NCBI GenBank assembly: GCA_000165345.1
Contig: CM000431.1
Location: 256,001-320,000, forward strand
Length of the DNA: 64,000 nt
Reading direction: 5' to 3'
A program made the translations under genes and the position numbers. The notes beneath the pieces were generated by a model, which saw nothing but the letters and a program-made list of their open reading frames with translations, was not told the DNA's origin and searched no databases. Below are positions 1 through 10,721 of the stretch, in pieces; the stretch's first letter is position 1; each line of letters begins with the position of its first letter.

Positions 1-984
1 ACATTTAGATTCTGAGCTGCTAATAAGATTATTATTTGGAAGAGGATCAACTAGCAAATTCTTTTCTCTGAATAGAAACCAAAGGAAAATAAGTAAAAGC
101 GGATAAAATAATGTAAAAATAAAAATTAATAAACTTGGAGCTATCTTTATATGATTTTCATCGTTAAAATTGAAAAATGTATATAAACCATTTATACTTA
201 TTGGTAGCAAGGAAAGAAATGAATTTGGAAAGAGATTTATGGCGCCAATTGCCAAAAGAATTCCAATAATATATGCATATAAATAAAGGCCATGCAATAA
301 AAAGAATGGTTGATAAGTAGAGTAACAATCCCAAAAAACTAGAATACTTGCAATTGCATGTTTGGCTATTGCTAAAATTAGAGTTACACTTGTATTTGGG
401 TGAGAAACCATCCAATATCCAATATTTACTATAAGTCCTGTAGGAAGTAGAAAACTTTGAATCATCCATGCATACCAACATGTCCAATTCAGATAACTTG
501 CTTTTCCAATTATATCTTCAATTTCTGCAATATTTTTCCCATAAATATTGTCATCGATGCTTGAGCTCACTAAATTCTGCGCCTGGATTGAAACAATACT
601 TAAAACAAGAAAATATCCTATTGTTGCAATACTGCACCAATTTGTAGTATAGTACCTTGCTAAGTTTTCAATCCTCCAAATTTTTATTTCTGTAAAAATA
701 TCGTATAGTATAATTGTACAAAAAAATACCAGGCAAAATAGCCTGAATAAGAGTACTTTTGAATGATTAACATAAGGTAGCCAACTATTTGAGAAAATTA
801 TTCTACAATCTCCTCTAGCTAATTTGAAATATAGTCTTGAGAATTGGAATTCCCATAGGAAAGATTTCCAATAGTCACTCAAACTTTCATTGAATTGTTC
901 ATTTTCTAAAAATAAGTTATCTTTGATTAAATTATTTAAAGGTTTTGTTCCAAGAATACCCAATACATCATTATTTCCAATCAT
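1..984 (-). CDS. Partial CDS (3' end beyond window start): polytopic membrane protein, at least 328 codons in window; start ATG at 984..982
   Basis: Checked codon by codon. Plus-strand triplets in the frame of 982-984, from 1 to 984, contain no TTA/CTA/TCA, so the minus-strand frame is open down to position 1. The upstream in-frame stop is TGA at 993..991. The translation begins MIGNNDVLGILGTKPLNNLIKDNLF and contains many hydrophobic segments (LFRLFCLVFFCTIILY, GYFLVLSIVSI, HGLYLYAYIIGILLAIGAINLF, LLIFIFTLFYPLLLIFLWFLF). It is absent from the ORF track because it has no stop inside the window. Track ORF 164..487 is an out-of-frame TTG-start artefact inside it. Confidence 0.5.
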   Translation of the reverse strand, partial: MIGNNDVLGILGTKPLNNLIKDNLFLENEQFNESLSDYWKSFLWEFQFSRLYFKLARGDCRIIFSNSWLPYVNHSKVLLFRLFCLVFFCTIILYDIFTEIKIWRIENLARYYTTNWCSIATIGYFLVLSIVSIQAQNLVSSSIDDNIYGKNIAEIEDIIGKASYLNWTCWYAWMIQSFLLPTGLIVNIGYWMVSHPNTSVTLILAIAKHAIASILVFWDCYSTYQPFFLLHGLYLYAYIIGILLAIGAINLFPNSFLSLLPISINGLYTFFNFNDENHIKIAPSLLIFIFTLFYPLLLIFLWFLFREKNLLVDPLPNNNLISSSESKC

Positions 985-1379
985 TACTTTTCAATTTGAT
1001 TCAATTTACGAATAATTCTATTTTTTGGAAGAGGGAGTTGTGTGATAAGGATTTTAGGGATTACACACGAATCTTTAACTTTAATTTTATATTATTTAAC
1101 TCCGGATTAAAGTTATTTTTACGATAATCATGCCATATAAAAACCAAATTAGCTTTCAATAATAAAAAAAAACTCGAATTTATGATTATTAATTTTTAGA
1201 AATTATTTAGGCCTAAAAAAAATGAAATAAAATTTATTCATTGCTCAGTCAGGCCGGAGTTAACATTACACAAAAAATTATGGCATAACACACAATAAAA
1301 TAAATTAGAAAAAAATAAAATCAGTAAAATTTATTGAAGTCAAAAAGTATAATATTTTTAGAATAATAAATTAACACTT

Positions 1380-1964
1380 TCAATAAATATCTGAACCAAA
1401 TTTATTGATCATGCTATTACTCATTATGGAAGAATGAGACGACTGAATATACATATTCAGTGTTTCATTAGCGTCAACTAACTTTTTGAGTTGGACCTTA
1501 TACTCACTAAGCTCCCTATCTTTCTGTGAACATAGCTCATTTAGTTGTGAAAGCTTATCCAACAACGACTTAACTACCTTTTGTAGGGTGGTATGGCTGT
1601 TTTGCAAGCTCTCATACTTTTTAACAAGTTGTCCGTAGCTCTGTTGCTCTTCTGCAGATTCTAAATCTTGCAATCTTCTTCCCTCCACTTCTGTTCCAGA
1701 AACAGTTCTAGTCCCTAATACATTCTCAGATCCAACTCCAGCTTCAGTAATTTCATTTCCTGTTCCCAATGAAGCTGTAGGAGCAAGAACTGAATTCTCC
1801 TTCTCACAAATATCTCCAATAAACCCCAATACTTGTCTACCATTGTAATATTCATTCAAGTTTCGCCTTTTGTCTCCAAATCCATATATGTCAAAATTAC
1901 CACCCATCAATTGCTCATGGCAAGACACCTCAACCCCTTCTGATCGCTCCTTACGCTTATTCAT
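1380..1964 (-). CDS. Hypothetical protein, 194 aa, with a C-terminal coiled-coil (QQSYGQLVKKYESLQNSHTTLQKVVKSLLDKLSQLNELCSQKDRELSEYKVQLKKL)
   Basis: Uninterrupted ATG-initiated ORF (ATG at 1964..1962) with heptad-like hydrophobic spacing in the C-terminal half. No family was recognised. Confidence 0.5.
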   Translation of the reverse strand: MNKRKERSEGVEVSCHEQLMGGNFDIYGFGDKRRNLNEYYNGRQVLGFIGDICEKENSVLAPTASLGTGNEITEAGVGSENVLGTRTVSGTEVEGRRLQDLESAEEQQSYGQLVKKYESLQNSHTTLQKVVKSLLDKLSQLNELCSQKDRELSEYKVQLKKLVDANETLNMYIQSSHSSIMSNSMINKFGSDIY

Positions 1965-3256
1965 AATCTAACAGACGTACTTGATAGCAAGAAAATAATC
2001 TATCAGCACGTCATGACGTTTAACATGATTCTTCTTTCTTGATTCTGATGCCTTGAAGTTTATTACCACTTCCTAGTCGGACAATAATTTCTTGTTTTGA
2101 TTTGGGACTAGGCTATCAAAATCACCAAGATACTGTTAAAAATAGAAATATTTTTCAAATTTTACAGAAAATCTGAATGTATGGCTTTCTTTGGTTATTT
2201 TTTTGCTCTGTCCTCCCCCAATGTACTTACTAAAGTTGTAGTCCTTTTTTTTTTACTTTGAAACGCACTCTTTCCTTTACGAAAAAATGAATCTCTTTTC
2301 CCGCCTAAACTTAACGACAATAAGTATATTTAATATAATAAATTAAAATCAAAAAAATACATAAATATATTACAAGTAAATGAATAAATAATAAAAATGT
2401 ATATATTTATCTTTATAAATATTATTATGTAAATAAATTAGAATTAAATGAATATGGATATTTAGTAGATTGTTCAAATGGAGCATATTCACATATTTGC
2501 CAGTCTATAGGTTAAGTTTATTTGTTTGAGGAATTTAATATTTGGATTTCTTAAAATGTGATTTGGCAATGTGTGTGAATATTAACTTTAATATGTACAT
2601 CTATTTTTCGTTCATTCCAAAAACTATTTTAAATCTATTTATTTGTTTTTTTTTTGTTGAAATTTGAAATTAGTTTGAGCTACTTGGATTTGATATTTTT
2701 TAGAATAATTTACTCTTAATTCACTCCAATTGTACTGAGTTAGGTTTTCAGCTATAATTTCGTGCTTAAAGTAACAATGATTTTAGATTCGGATTGAGAG
2801 TATATACTATCTATCGAATTTTGGGTTAAGTTTATCTAAGTAGGGATACGGAGGAGATATTCTAAGAAATTTGAGTAAGTTGAATTGTAATTTGAATGTA
2901 CATTTGGTATTTGAGCATTTTGAAAAATTTGTTTATCTTAAAATTAAGACGAGTTACAACGTTGATAGAGCGTTTAGTCTTTTCGCATATTGGACTTTGT
3001 ATGAATATTTAACCTATGCATGAAAAAAGAAGTGGACAAGTTGTTTGCACACAAATACAATTTATTGAGAAATATATTGCAGATCAAACAACTATAACTT
3101 TAGAATGCTCGTTGAAATTAAAACAACATTATCAGGCAAATAAAGCAATCGTGTTAATTACTAAAAAAACAGATGAACTAGGTAAAATGAACTTGAATCT
3201 TTGTTAAAATAATTTGAATATTAAAAACACTTTTCCGCAATTATTCTATGCAAGCC

Positions 3257-3403
3257 GCATGCAAAATGAAAAGTGTTTGCACAGGAAATAATCTCTAGAA
3301 CGCCCGCCTAACCCTTTGATAGAAATAATTTAGAGAATCCATGCAATTATTGTGGGGAGGCGCCATTTTAGTCTTAAGTTTCGTAAATAGAAAGTGTGCA
3401 TGC
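3257..3403. promoter_or_regulatory. GC-rich motif island: GCATGC (3257-3262, 3398-3403), CGCCCGCC (3301-3308), GGCGCC (3359-3364)
   Basis: A cluster of E2F-like and GCATGC palindromic motifs in an otherwise AT-rich spacer, about 530 bp upstream of the gene starting at 3934. Confidence 0.35.
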
Positions 3404-3933
3404 AAATCTGGTAGTTTGCAAAGGTTGTGAATACATATTTAAATTTAAATATTGTATGTAACCTGTATTTATGCTTTAGAGCTGAACTGAATAGGGCTCA
3501 GTGGATAGCTATGTTGAAAAGTTCATACGGGATATCTATAAAATACAATACAAAAATACAGATATTCCAATCAAATGATTAAAATTAAGTAGTGTAGAAA
3601 AGGGTTAGAATAATATAATTAAAGCAAAATTAAGTTATGTTCCTTTCGTGGCCTTCAGTATTAATTTTCGCAAATAGTATTTGAATATTGATGCATGGGA
3701 AAGTATTTGTAAATTGTGTGCCGCCTAATCTCTGATAAAAATGTTTAACAAATAATAGCAAATAAAGTATGAAATTAGTTTATATAGAAGTTATTCTCAT
3801 TTTGATACAAGATTGGAATAAATAATTATACTGTGATGCTAATATTATAAGACTAAAAACTAAGAGTTATTATATAATTAATAGGGAAACAGTAGAGAAG
3901 TATTGCCGATTAAGAAAAAAAAAGAAGTTAAGA

Positions 3934-4685
3934 ATGGAGAACACTCAGGTAAATAGCGATTTATCGAGTAAGTTTGTAGTAAATTTCTCTCAAATTATGG
4001 AAAAGTTGCCTCGGAATTGGCTTATTGGAGGAGGATTGATAGAGAGAATATTGATATTTAAACCGAAAAATACTAATATATATTACCCTTATTATTAATT
4101 GATTGTTTAGATATTGAGAATTTTATAAGGCTTTCGTACAAACAACAATTGGAGCTTGTTACTGAACAAGAGAAGCAAAAGTTAAACTTATATGCTGATT
4201 ATATTTTGAATTGTATTCCTTTAAACATTAGAAAGTTGAAGATTAGAGAAATACTTGAAGACCAAGGCAAAAATTTAATATTATCAGGTAAGTCTATCTG
4301 TTTAACTCTCTAATAGATTTGTTATATTAACTTTAATAATCCTTCAGAGGATGAGAAAACTGAAATTTTAAAAAAGTTAAATGAAATTGTTAGTATGAAG
4401 TCATTCAAACCAGAATCAATGCCAGTGAACTCATCTTCGGAATCAAAGAATGTAGGACTATACAAGGACCATCTTAAAAAGTCTAGAGTGAAGCTCTTGC
4501 CAATTTCAAATACATGCTATACGATTATTAGAGAAAAGACTGAAGATTTTTTTCCAGGTGAATGTGATGAAAACGCTGATAATCACAACAGTAACGGACA
4601 AATCCAAGATAATATGAACAAAAATACCTTAGAAAATCAAATGTTAGATTCTAACATGATTAGAGATGTGATAAGTTCACTATAA
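3934..4685 (+). CDS. Hypothetical protein of about 182 aa encoded in three exons: join(3934..3967,4111..4287,4348..4685)
   Basis: ATG at 3934. Donor GTAAGT at 3968 and acceptor TTTAG at 4110. Second donor GTAAGT at 4288 and acceptor CTTCAG at 4347. Exon phases are consistent (1 nt + 2 nt at intron 1, 1 nt + 2 nt at intron 2). The third exon ends at the stop of track ORF 4395..4685. The spliced product reads MENTQVNSDLS-N-IENFIRLSYKQQLELVTEQEKQKLNLYADYILNCIPLNIRKLKIREILEDQGKNLILS-EDEKTEILKKLNEIVSMKSFKPES... Without splicing, the first exon frame stops at 4098. Confidence 0.5.
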
Positions 4686-4719
4686 AAGGAAAAAGATCTA
4701 CCATAATATTAGTGTCTAA

Positions 4720-5226
4720 TTATATATATGGATGCACTTTTTTGATATTTGAGATAACTTTACTATAAATACTATAAAATGGTTTGTCTTGAACTGAACT
4801 CTCGCTGTTGAATGAAATCATTAGTACACTAGCTGGTCTCTTAGATTTACATATAGTACCTAAAGTCTTCTTACTTCCAAGATATCCATAGTAAATATTC
4901 TTTTCCTCGCACAAAATAGGAATATGAGCAATAATATCCACTGGATGAATATCACAGGCAATTAGAACAAGCCCTGTCTGCCCTTTTCGTATGCTCTTTG
5001 TAACTTCATGTACTCCTCTGCGTATATATCTAACTTTCTTACTTCCTTTCTCTTTCCTTTCTTCCTTCTCATACTCTTGAACCTTCTTCACAAGCTTAAG
5101 ACATCTCTCTAAAAGCTTTCCTCCAAAGATTGGGTCTGCTATTGCTGATTTGTTTGTAATTGCTTCCTCTCCTTCCATTTCAATCTCGTCTTCAACATGA
5201 CTTAATTCTGTTGTATCTTCCTTCAT
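4720..5226 (-). CDS. NHP2: L7Ae-family RNA-binding protein, most like the H/ACA snoRNP subunit NHP2 (168 aa, acidic N-terminal extension)
   Basis: The core VRYIRRGVHEVTKSIRKGQTGLVLIACDIHPVDIIAHIPILCEEKNIYYGYLGSKKTLG matches the L7Ae/NHP2/SNU13 fold (RG..E..K....G......A.D..P......LP..CE...IPY.....K..LG). The roughly 60-aa N-terminal extension favours NHP2 over SNU13. Confidence 0.65.
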   Translation of the reverse strand: MKEDTTELSHVEDEIEMEGEEAITNKSAIADPIFGGKLLERCLKLVKKVQEYEKEERKEKGSKKVRYIRRGVHEVTKSIRKGQTGLVLIACDIHPVDIIAHIPILCEEKNIYYGYLGSKKTLGTICKSKRPASVLMISFNSESSVQDKPFYSIYSKVISNIKKVHPYI

Positions 5227-5917
5227 TTCTTCAACCTTTTATTCTTCCAAATTAATTGTCAAATTAACCCAATCTGTATAGTCTAAACTCTTTTATTCAC
5301 TTTTTTTTTCAAAATACTTTTCCTATTCTAAGTTTATGCAGCTTTTCCCTTTTAACTCAAATATTACAAGTCAATTCATTAATTAAAAAGTCATTTTCCG
5401 CCAATCATTTGGGCGGGGCATTGGGCGGTACACTTCAATAGTCAAAAATAATTGTAAGAAATTTAATGTGGGAATTTAAAGTGAGATAAATGAGTAAATA
5501 AAAAAGAAATAGGAAGAAGGAAAGAGTAGGAGTAGAGATATCGATTAGATTTCATAGGAGGAGGTCTTTGAAATTTATTGAATGAAAGGTCTAATAATAA
5601 TAGGTTGAGTATTTTTTCAATATTAAAATTGTTTTTATAAGAGTTATATAAAAATATTTGCACAACAAGATTCCTTGAAAATAAAAAAAAGTCTACTTTA
5701 AGATAAAGGCAAATTTTGTCATGTATACTAGTTTTGGCTAAGTTTGAAACCATTTGGATATAAATATAATTTATTTATTATGAAATTTATGTAAGCAGAA
5801 TAGAGGCAGCCAGATACTAAATATTGATATACAAAAAGGAAAGGGAGGTTTTCATACCCACCATTTCTTTTTGTAATAAAGTCCAATTCTCTGTGAGATT
5901 GCCATTCAGACTGGAAA

Positions 5918-7036
5918 ATGAGTGTAATTTCCACAAATAGTTATCTTTTAGGCCAAAAAACTATCAATTTTAATGGTATTTCTTTGGGTCTGGATAAAGC
6001 CAAAAAACAGTTAATGAATAATAGTTACTTGGACGATCTAATTCTTGACTTCTTTATGGAATTTGCTAAAGAGTTATGTGTTGGAATTAAAGAAAATTGT
6101 TCTAAAGGCAAATATTGTGTATTCAGTAGTCTATTTTACACTATTCTAAGTATGTGTGGAGACTATCAAGATTATTTAAGGCTAAGAAAATGGGTTAAGA
6201 GGGTTTCTACTCCATTATTGCTAAATGATGCAATTGTAATTCCAATGCATTGTAACCAAACTAGTCATTGGTGGTTGATTGTTATTTGCCATCCTCGTAA
6301 AATCTTTAATTTGATGAATTCCTCTAGTCCAAGAAATAACTCAACAACAAAAATTGAGAACTCGAATAGAGGTTGGATTATATGTATGGATTCTCTAGGA
6401 GGAAAGAATATTGGTCAGAATGAAAAGAAAAAAGCTATAATAAATATTTTGAAGTTTTTAGATATAGAAAGACAAAATAATGATAGCTATTTTAATCTTC
6501 TAGAGGCTGGAAACATACCTACAATGGTTTATGATTCTGTAAATACTAAAGCTCATAATACTAACACTTCAGCTACTCATGATAAATTATCTGAAACTTT
6601 TAGATCCTTGAGTAACTGGGAGATTATATATAATCCAAGGAACCTTCCTTTTCAGGAAAATAACTTTGACTGCGGAATATATATCATTGAATATGCTCAC
6701 TTGCTTTTCCACTATGGAACCACTATTTTTAACTCTATGATTAATACTAGTTCAAGCTCTGATATTTCGTATACAACTCATTTGGATCAAAACAAATTCT
6801 CGAGAAACTGGTTTCAAAATAGAAGAACTGTTTACACCAAAGTTTTGGAATTTATGAGTAATAATGAGAGTTGGAATGAGGACAATTTTCTGAGAAATAA
6901 GTTAGTGGAGATTTTTGATGACAGTATCAAGGCTTCAAATCATAATGAAAAACCTTCTCAAGAGAATATTTCATCATTACAATCCAGAAGAAGATTTGTA
7001 ATGTCATCCTTAAACAAAAGCTATTTCAATAAGTAG
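5918..7036 (+). CDS. Ulp1/SENP-family SUMO protease (peptidase C48), 372 aa
   Basis: The catalytic triad motifs appear in order: VIPMHCNQTSHWWLIVIC (His), ICMDSLGG (Asp), QENNFDCGIYIIEYA (Gln...Cys). Confidence 0.8.
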   Translation: MSVISTNSYLLGQKTINFNGISLGLDKAKKQLMNNSYLDDLILDFFMEFAKELCVGIKENCSKGKYCVFSSLFYTILSMCGDYQDYLRLRKWVKRVSTPLLLNDAIVIPMHCNQTSHWWLIVICHPRKIFNLMNSSSPRNNSTTKIENSNRGWIICMDSLGGKNIGQNEKKKAIINILKFLDIERQNNDSYFNLLEAGNIPTMVYDSVNTKAHNTNTSATHDKLSETFRSLSNWEIIYNPRNLPFQENNFDCGIYIIEYAHLLFHYGTTIFNSMINTSSSSDISYTTHLDQNKFSRNWFQNRRTVYTKVLEFMSNNESWNEDNFLRNKLVEIFDDSIKASNHNEKPSQENISSLQSRRRFVMSSLNKSYFNK

Positions 7037-7253
7037 ATACCAATTAAATAACAGTTTTTTTTTAAACTTAATTATGAACGTCAAAGCATTGCATGCATGC
7101 ATGCGTTTGTTTTGGTAAACTACTTATTTCAGGAAAATATAATCAAATTCAATATAGCCAATTTATTAATATGCAACTATAAGGAAGCAAATGATAACAG
7201 GTCTAATAAAGCAAAAAGCTAAGATTGCGATTGAATCTTACTCCAGAAACTTT

Positions 7254-8260
7254 CTAAAATAACTTCAAGCTAGAAATTTCAAGGTAAATATAAGTTATTT
7301 GAGCCCGCCAAAAAAAATTATTTAAGCTTACCTGTGGTTTTGTACAGTTTGGGATGACTTTTAAAGCACTCATAATAAGAAGCATTTCTTTGATGTTTGA
7401 TGCTGAAAACCAAATGATTCCATTTTGACCAACACAAATTTCATATGCAAAGTACTTGGAAAGAGCCTCGAGAACATAACTTTGGTCAGCAAGAAGTATT
7501 TGTGCAACAGACTGAGGCACAGTAACTGTCATGCCGTCTTTAATGCATGACTGGCTTTCTCCAGGCAATGAAGATCTATCAGATTTGGAGTAATCTTCAA
7601 TGATATTGGTATTTTTGTAGTTGGAGTTCTTTAAAACTCCTAAATAATTTTCATTATTCGACCATGTTTTCTTCTCCTCTGGTGTGATACATGTAAGTTC
7701 AATTTCCCCGCTTTCAAGGTCTACGTAGTTTATTCTTGAACATACATAATTACCTGGAACAAGATTTGGCTTATTTCTTTTAGTTGCTCCCTCAAATGCC
7801 ATATCAGGAAGGATTCCATCATGCGAGCAGTTGAGCGAAACCTTTGAAATATACAGAGTTGAGTTAATTTCCTTAAGATTAAAATCTTTTCAAGTACAAC
7901 TTACCTTATAGAATTCTCCAAGCTTGTTAATTATCGTTCCTACTACAACGTCTCCTTTTCTTGGAATGTACTAAAATTTCAAATGAAAAGAGAAAATAGA
8001 AAATAAACTTCAAACTTACACATCCTTTAAAAGGCAAAACAATTCTATCATAAGGCCAATATGGTCTCTTGCACTCAACCCCAGCTATCTTGTCTATAAT
8101 AGGATTAATCAATCAAATATTTAATAAGTTGATAAACATGTGAATATATATACTCGCATATTTAAAACTTACTTTTCTTTGATTCTTGAGAATTTATGGA
8201 TATCTCTTCTCCTGGAAGAACAATTCTGAAATCATCTGAAATTTTGTCATTAATATTCAT
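7254..8260 (-). CDS. Exosome complex RNA-binding subunit, Rrp40-like (S1 + KH domains), about 271 aa in four exons: join(7254..7841,7905..7970,8020..8093,8173..8260)
   Basis: ATG at 8260..8258 (MNINDKISDDFRIVLPGEEISINSQESKK). There are three short introns on the minus strand with GTAAGT donors at 8172, 8019 and 7904, and YAG acceptors, of 79, 49 and 63 nt. The exon phases are consistent and join track ORFs 7927..8112 and 7254..7802. The S1-like segment VVGTIINKLGEFYKVSLNCSHDGILPDMAFEGATKRNKPNLVPGNYVCSRI and the KH-like GQNGIIWF motif are typical of Rrp4/Rrp40. The length favours Rrp40. Confidence 0.55.
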
Positions 8261-8654
8261 TTTGATTTTAGTTGTGGAATATCCTCGAAAAATAGTAAAA
8301 TGATATTTAGTCTTATAATAACCAAGTATTTTATTATTTAAAATTATATTCGGATTTTTGAAAGTAGCGAAAATTATTCCTTATTTATTAATATAAAATG
8401 ACCGAGATTTTCCTCGCAATTATACTTTTAATTAGTAGTACAGAATTAAACTTTGTATCAAAATAATATTTCTTTGGGATCCAGCTTCTTAAAGTTGCTT
8501 GATCAAATGATATTGTACTTAATTCCTAGAAATACATCATGCAATTACTTCTAGAGTCAAGAATCCATTTATTCAGGTAAAACTCGATATAGGTAATAAA
8601 TTTTGACTTTATTACTATTGTTTTTTTGATTTCATTTATTAATAATATATTACG

Positions 8655-8672
8655 TGTTTAGGCGCCAATGTT
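8655..8672. promoter_or_regulatory. Palindromic E2F-like site AGGCGCCAAT (GGCGCC at 8661-8666) in the divergent spacer between the gene starts at 8260 (-) and 8787 (+)
   Basis: Motif seen directly. The same GGCGCC core recurs in most 5' spacers of the window. Confidence 0.4.
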
Positions 8673-8786
8673 GGTTATTTAGGGAAAAAGATGATCCTGG
8701 GGAAAAGTGACAAGAAAAAAAGGAAATTTGTAGATTTGCAAGAACTAGATAAGGAGCTCAATTTGGGCTAAAACAAAGAGGAGAAT

Positions 8787-10397
8787 ATGGTGGAGGTGGC
8801 TCGGAGAAAGGTTTTGGGAGGAAGAGGAAGTATGGGAATAGTGAATAGTTTACGTCGTAAGCTAATACACCTGGTAAATTGGGAATTAGGCACATCTGGG
8901 GATGAGGGCTCTATATTGAATCTTCTCAAGTTACTTTTAAACAGTGTGGGGTCTGAGCATTTTAGAAGCATGACAGCTATTGAGATTATACAGTGTCTGG
9001 ACAATGTAATGAAAGTAGTTTTAAACAAGAGAACAAGAAGTAGTTGGTTACTACTACTTAATAATATAGGTAAAAGTAATGTTATATTTAGAGATTATAT
9101 ATTATATTGCACTTTAGAAATACTAAAAGATAATGATAAAAGTGAGATATTGCAGAATCTGGATGCAAAATGCATTTACTGGAAATTGGGGAATAACTTC
9201 CTTTATACTCTATATAGTTTAATACTAAAAGATGATACGGAAAATGATGATATTAAAAGATGTATGGAAAATTGTTTAAGTGAAGGGATTTCTCCTCCAA
9301 GAGAGTTACTTGATCTTTATTTGAGAAGAAACTCTTGCCGAGACTTATCATTATTAAAAGGATTTAGATTAACATCAAATTTGTTAGGCCATTTAACGTA
9401 CAATCTGTCAAAGATAGAAAGTCTGAATGATTTGGAAATTCAGGACTATATTGAAATCCTTTTAAACCACCAGAAGAGTTTGGAAAGAAAGATGAGCTCG
9501 GAGGCTATTAGAAATCCATTTAGCAATGTATTTAGCCAAGCTTTAATAAATATAATTGAAAAGGGAGAAAATCCCGAGATTACTGACGGATTCTTTCATC
9601 ATTTAAGTTTGGTGTATTTGGTTAATAGTATTGATTCTTCTCCTTGGAATCTCAGACTTTGGAAGGAGCTTTTGAGTTATTTAAAAAAAGTACTCGCTTT
9701 CCTTTCTTTAACTTGTATTCTGGATAACTCCTTTAATACTGAAGGTGGAATATTGAGAAACCTAACAATAAGCTCAATTTCACACAAAGACTTTTTTCAA
9801 GAGCTGATCTCATTTTTTAGATTTGATTTCAATATTGAATCAAATGGTAATCCTGATTTAGTGCAACTTCACAAAGTAGAGACTTTAATCAAGTCCATTC
9901 TTGCTATAAGGAAAACGTTGACAAATTTAGATTTCTACTGGAGATATTTTAACTTTAAAGATTCTAAGAATATTCAATCAGAAATGCAAATAGTTAGATT
10001 TCAGGTCTATTCACTATTGGTCTTGATAAATCATTCCAATTTATACCTGAACGACCATTTAAGAAAGACAAGCAATTCACTAAATTCAATAGTTTATAAT
10101 AATAGCTCTGAATCAAGCTTGGATATGAGTTTTGTCCTAAAACTATCAGAATATAATGATCTTGAAAATTATTCTACTTCTATTACTCTGAAAAAAATCA
10201 ATTTATCTCTTTTAATTCTACCAGTTTCTCTTTTGAGCCTATTGGAAAGTGAAGAGGACGCCAAATCAGCTTTTGAAGCCATTCAAAATAGCAATGCGTT
10301 TGGGTGCATACAAAATGAAAGCTTCTCAAGTCTCTTTGACATTTGGAACGAATTGGAAAAAAAATATCTGAACAAGAATGGAGAATCAGAACAATGA
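8787..10397 (+). CDS. Hypothetical leucine-rich, probably alpha-helical-repeat protein, 536 aa
   Basis: Long uninterrupted ATG ORF with ordinary codon usage. No family was recognised. Confidence 0.55.
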   Translation: MVEVARRKVLGGRGSMGIVNSLRRKLIHLVNWELGTSGDEGSILNLLKLLLNSVGSEHFRSMTAIEIIQCLDNVMKVVLNKRTRSSWLLLLNNIGKSNVIFRDYILYCTLEILKDNDKSEILQNLDAKCIYWKLGNNFLYTLYSLILKDDTENDDIKRCMENCLSEGISPPRELLDLYLRRNSCRDLSLLKGFRLTSNLLGHLTYNLSKIESLNDLEIQDYIEILLNHQKSLERKMSSEAIRNPFSNVFSQALINIIEKGENPEITDGFFHHLSLVYLVNSIDSSPWNLRLWKELLSYLKKVLAFLSLTCILDNSFNTEGGILRNLTISSISHKDFFQELISFFRFDFNIESNGNPDLVQLHKVETLIKSILAIRKTLTNLDFYWRYFNFKDSKNIQSEMQIVRFQVYSLLVLINHSNLYLNDHLRKTSNSLNSIVYNNSSESSLDMSFVLKLSEYNDLENYSTSITLKKINLSLLILPVSLLSLLESEEDAKSAFEAIQNSNAFGCIQNESFSSLFDIWNELEKKYLNKNGESEQ

Positions 10398-10721
10398 CAA
10401 AAAATGACAGACAATAAACCAAATAAATTATTAAGACCCACAATTGGCAAAAAATAATATATTATCAATAAATCGATAAAAGCAAAGCTTTTTCAAAAAT
10501 TAATATTTTAATATATTAACATTAAATATATTAAAATAAGCAAAATCATAAATGGCGCCATAACGGGCACAAATAGGTTAAATATAACAAGTATTGTAGG
10601 TCAAGTCCTCGAATTATAGTTAACTGAAAAATATTCTGAAAATAACAAAATCTGACTTAAACAAAACAAAGTGGAATTTGACATGAGCTGTATAGAAGAT
10701 TGATTAATCCATTCATTTACG

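Noticed and set aside
164-487. Track ORF of 107 aa on the minus strand (MDMLVCMDD...)
   Set aside because: It starts at a TTG and lies out of frame inside the much longer open frame 1..984 that encodes a coherent multi-TM protein. I treat it as an overlapping-frame artefact.
945-1127. 60-aa plus-strand ORF
   Set aside because: It overlaps the start codon region of the 1..984 minus-strand gene and an AT-rich spacer. Its composition is low-complexity (FNFNFILFNSGL) with no support.
3016-3207. 63-aa plus-strand ORF in the long spacer
   Set aside because: It is isolated, has no homology, and the neighbouring frames are closed. It could be part of an undetected transcript, but there is nothing in the sequence to support it as a protein.
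5463-5934. Two minus-strand ORFs of 96 and 68 aa in the divergent spacer between NHP2 and the Ulp1-like gene
   Set aside because: They lie in an AT-rich promoter region, and their translations are low-complexity Phe/Leu/Asn strings. No start context, splice or homology evidence supports them.
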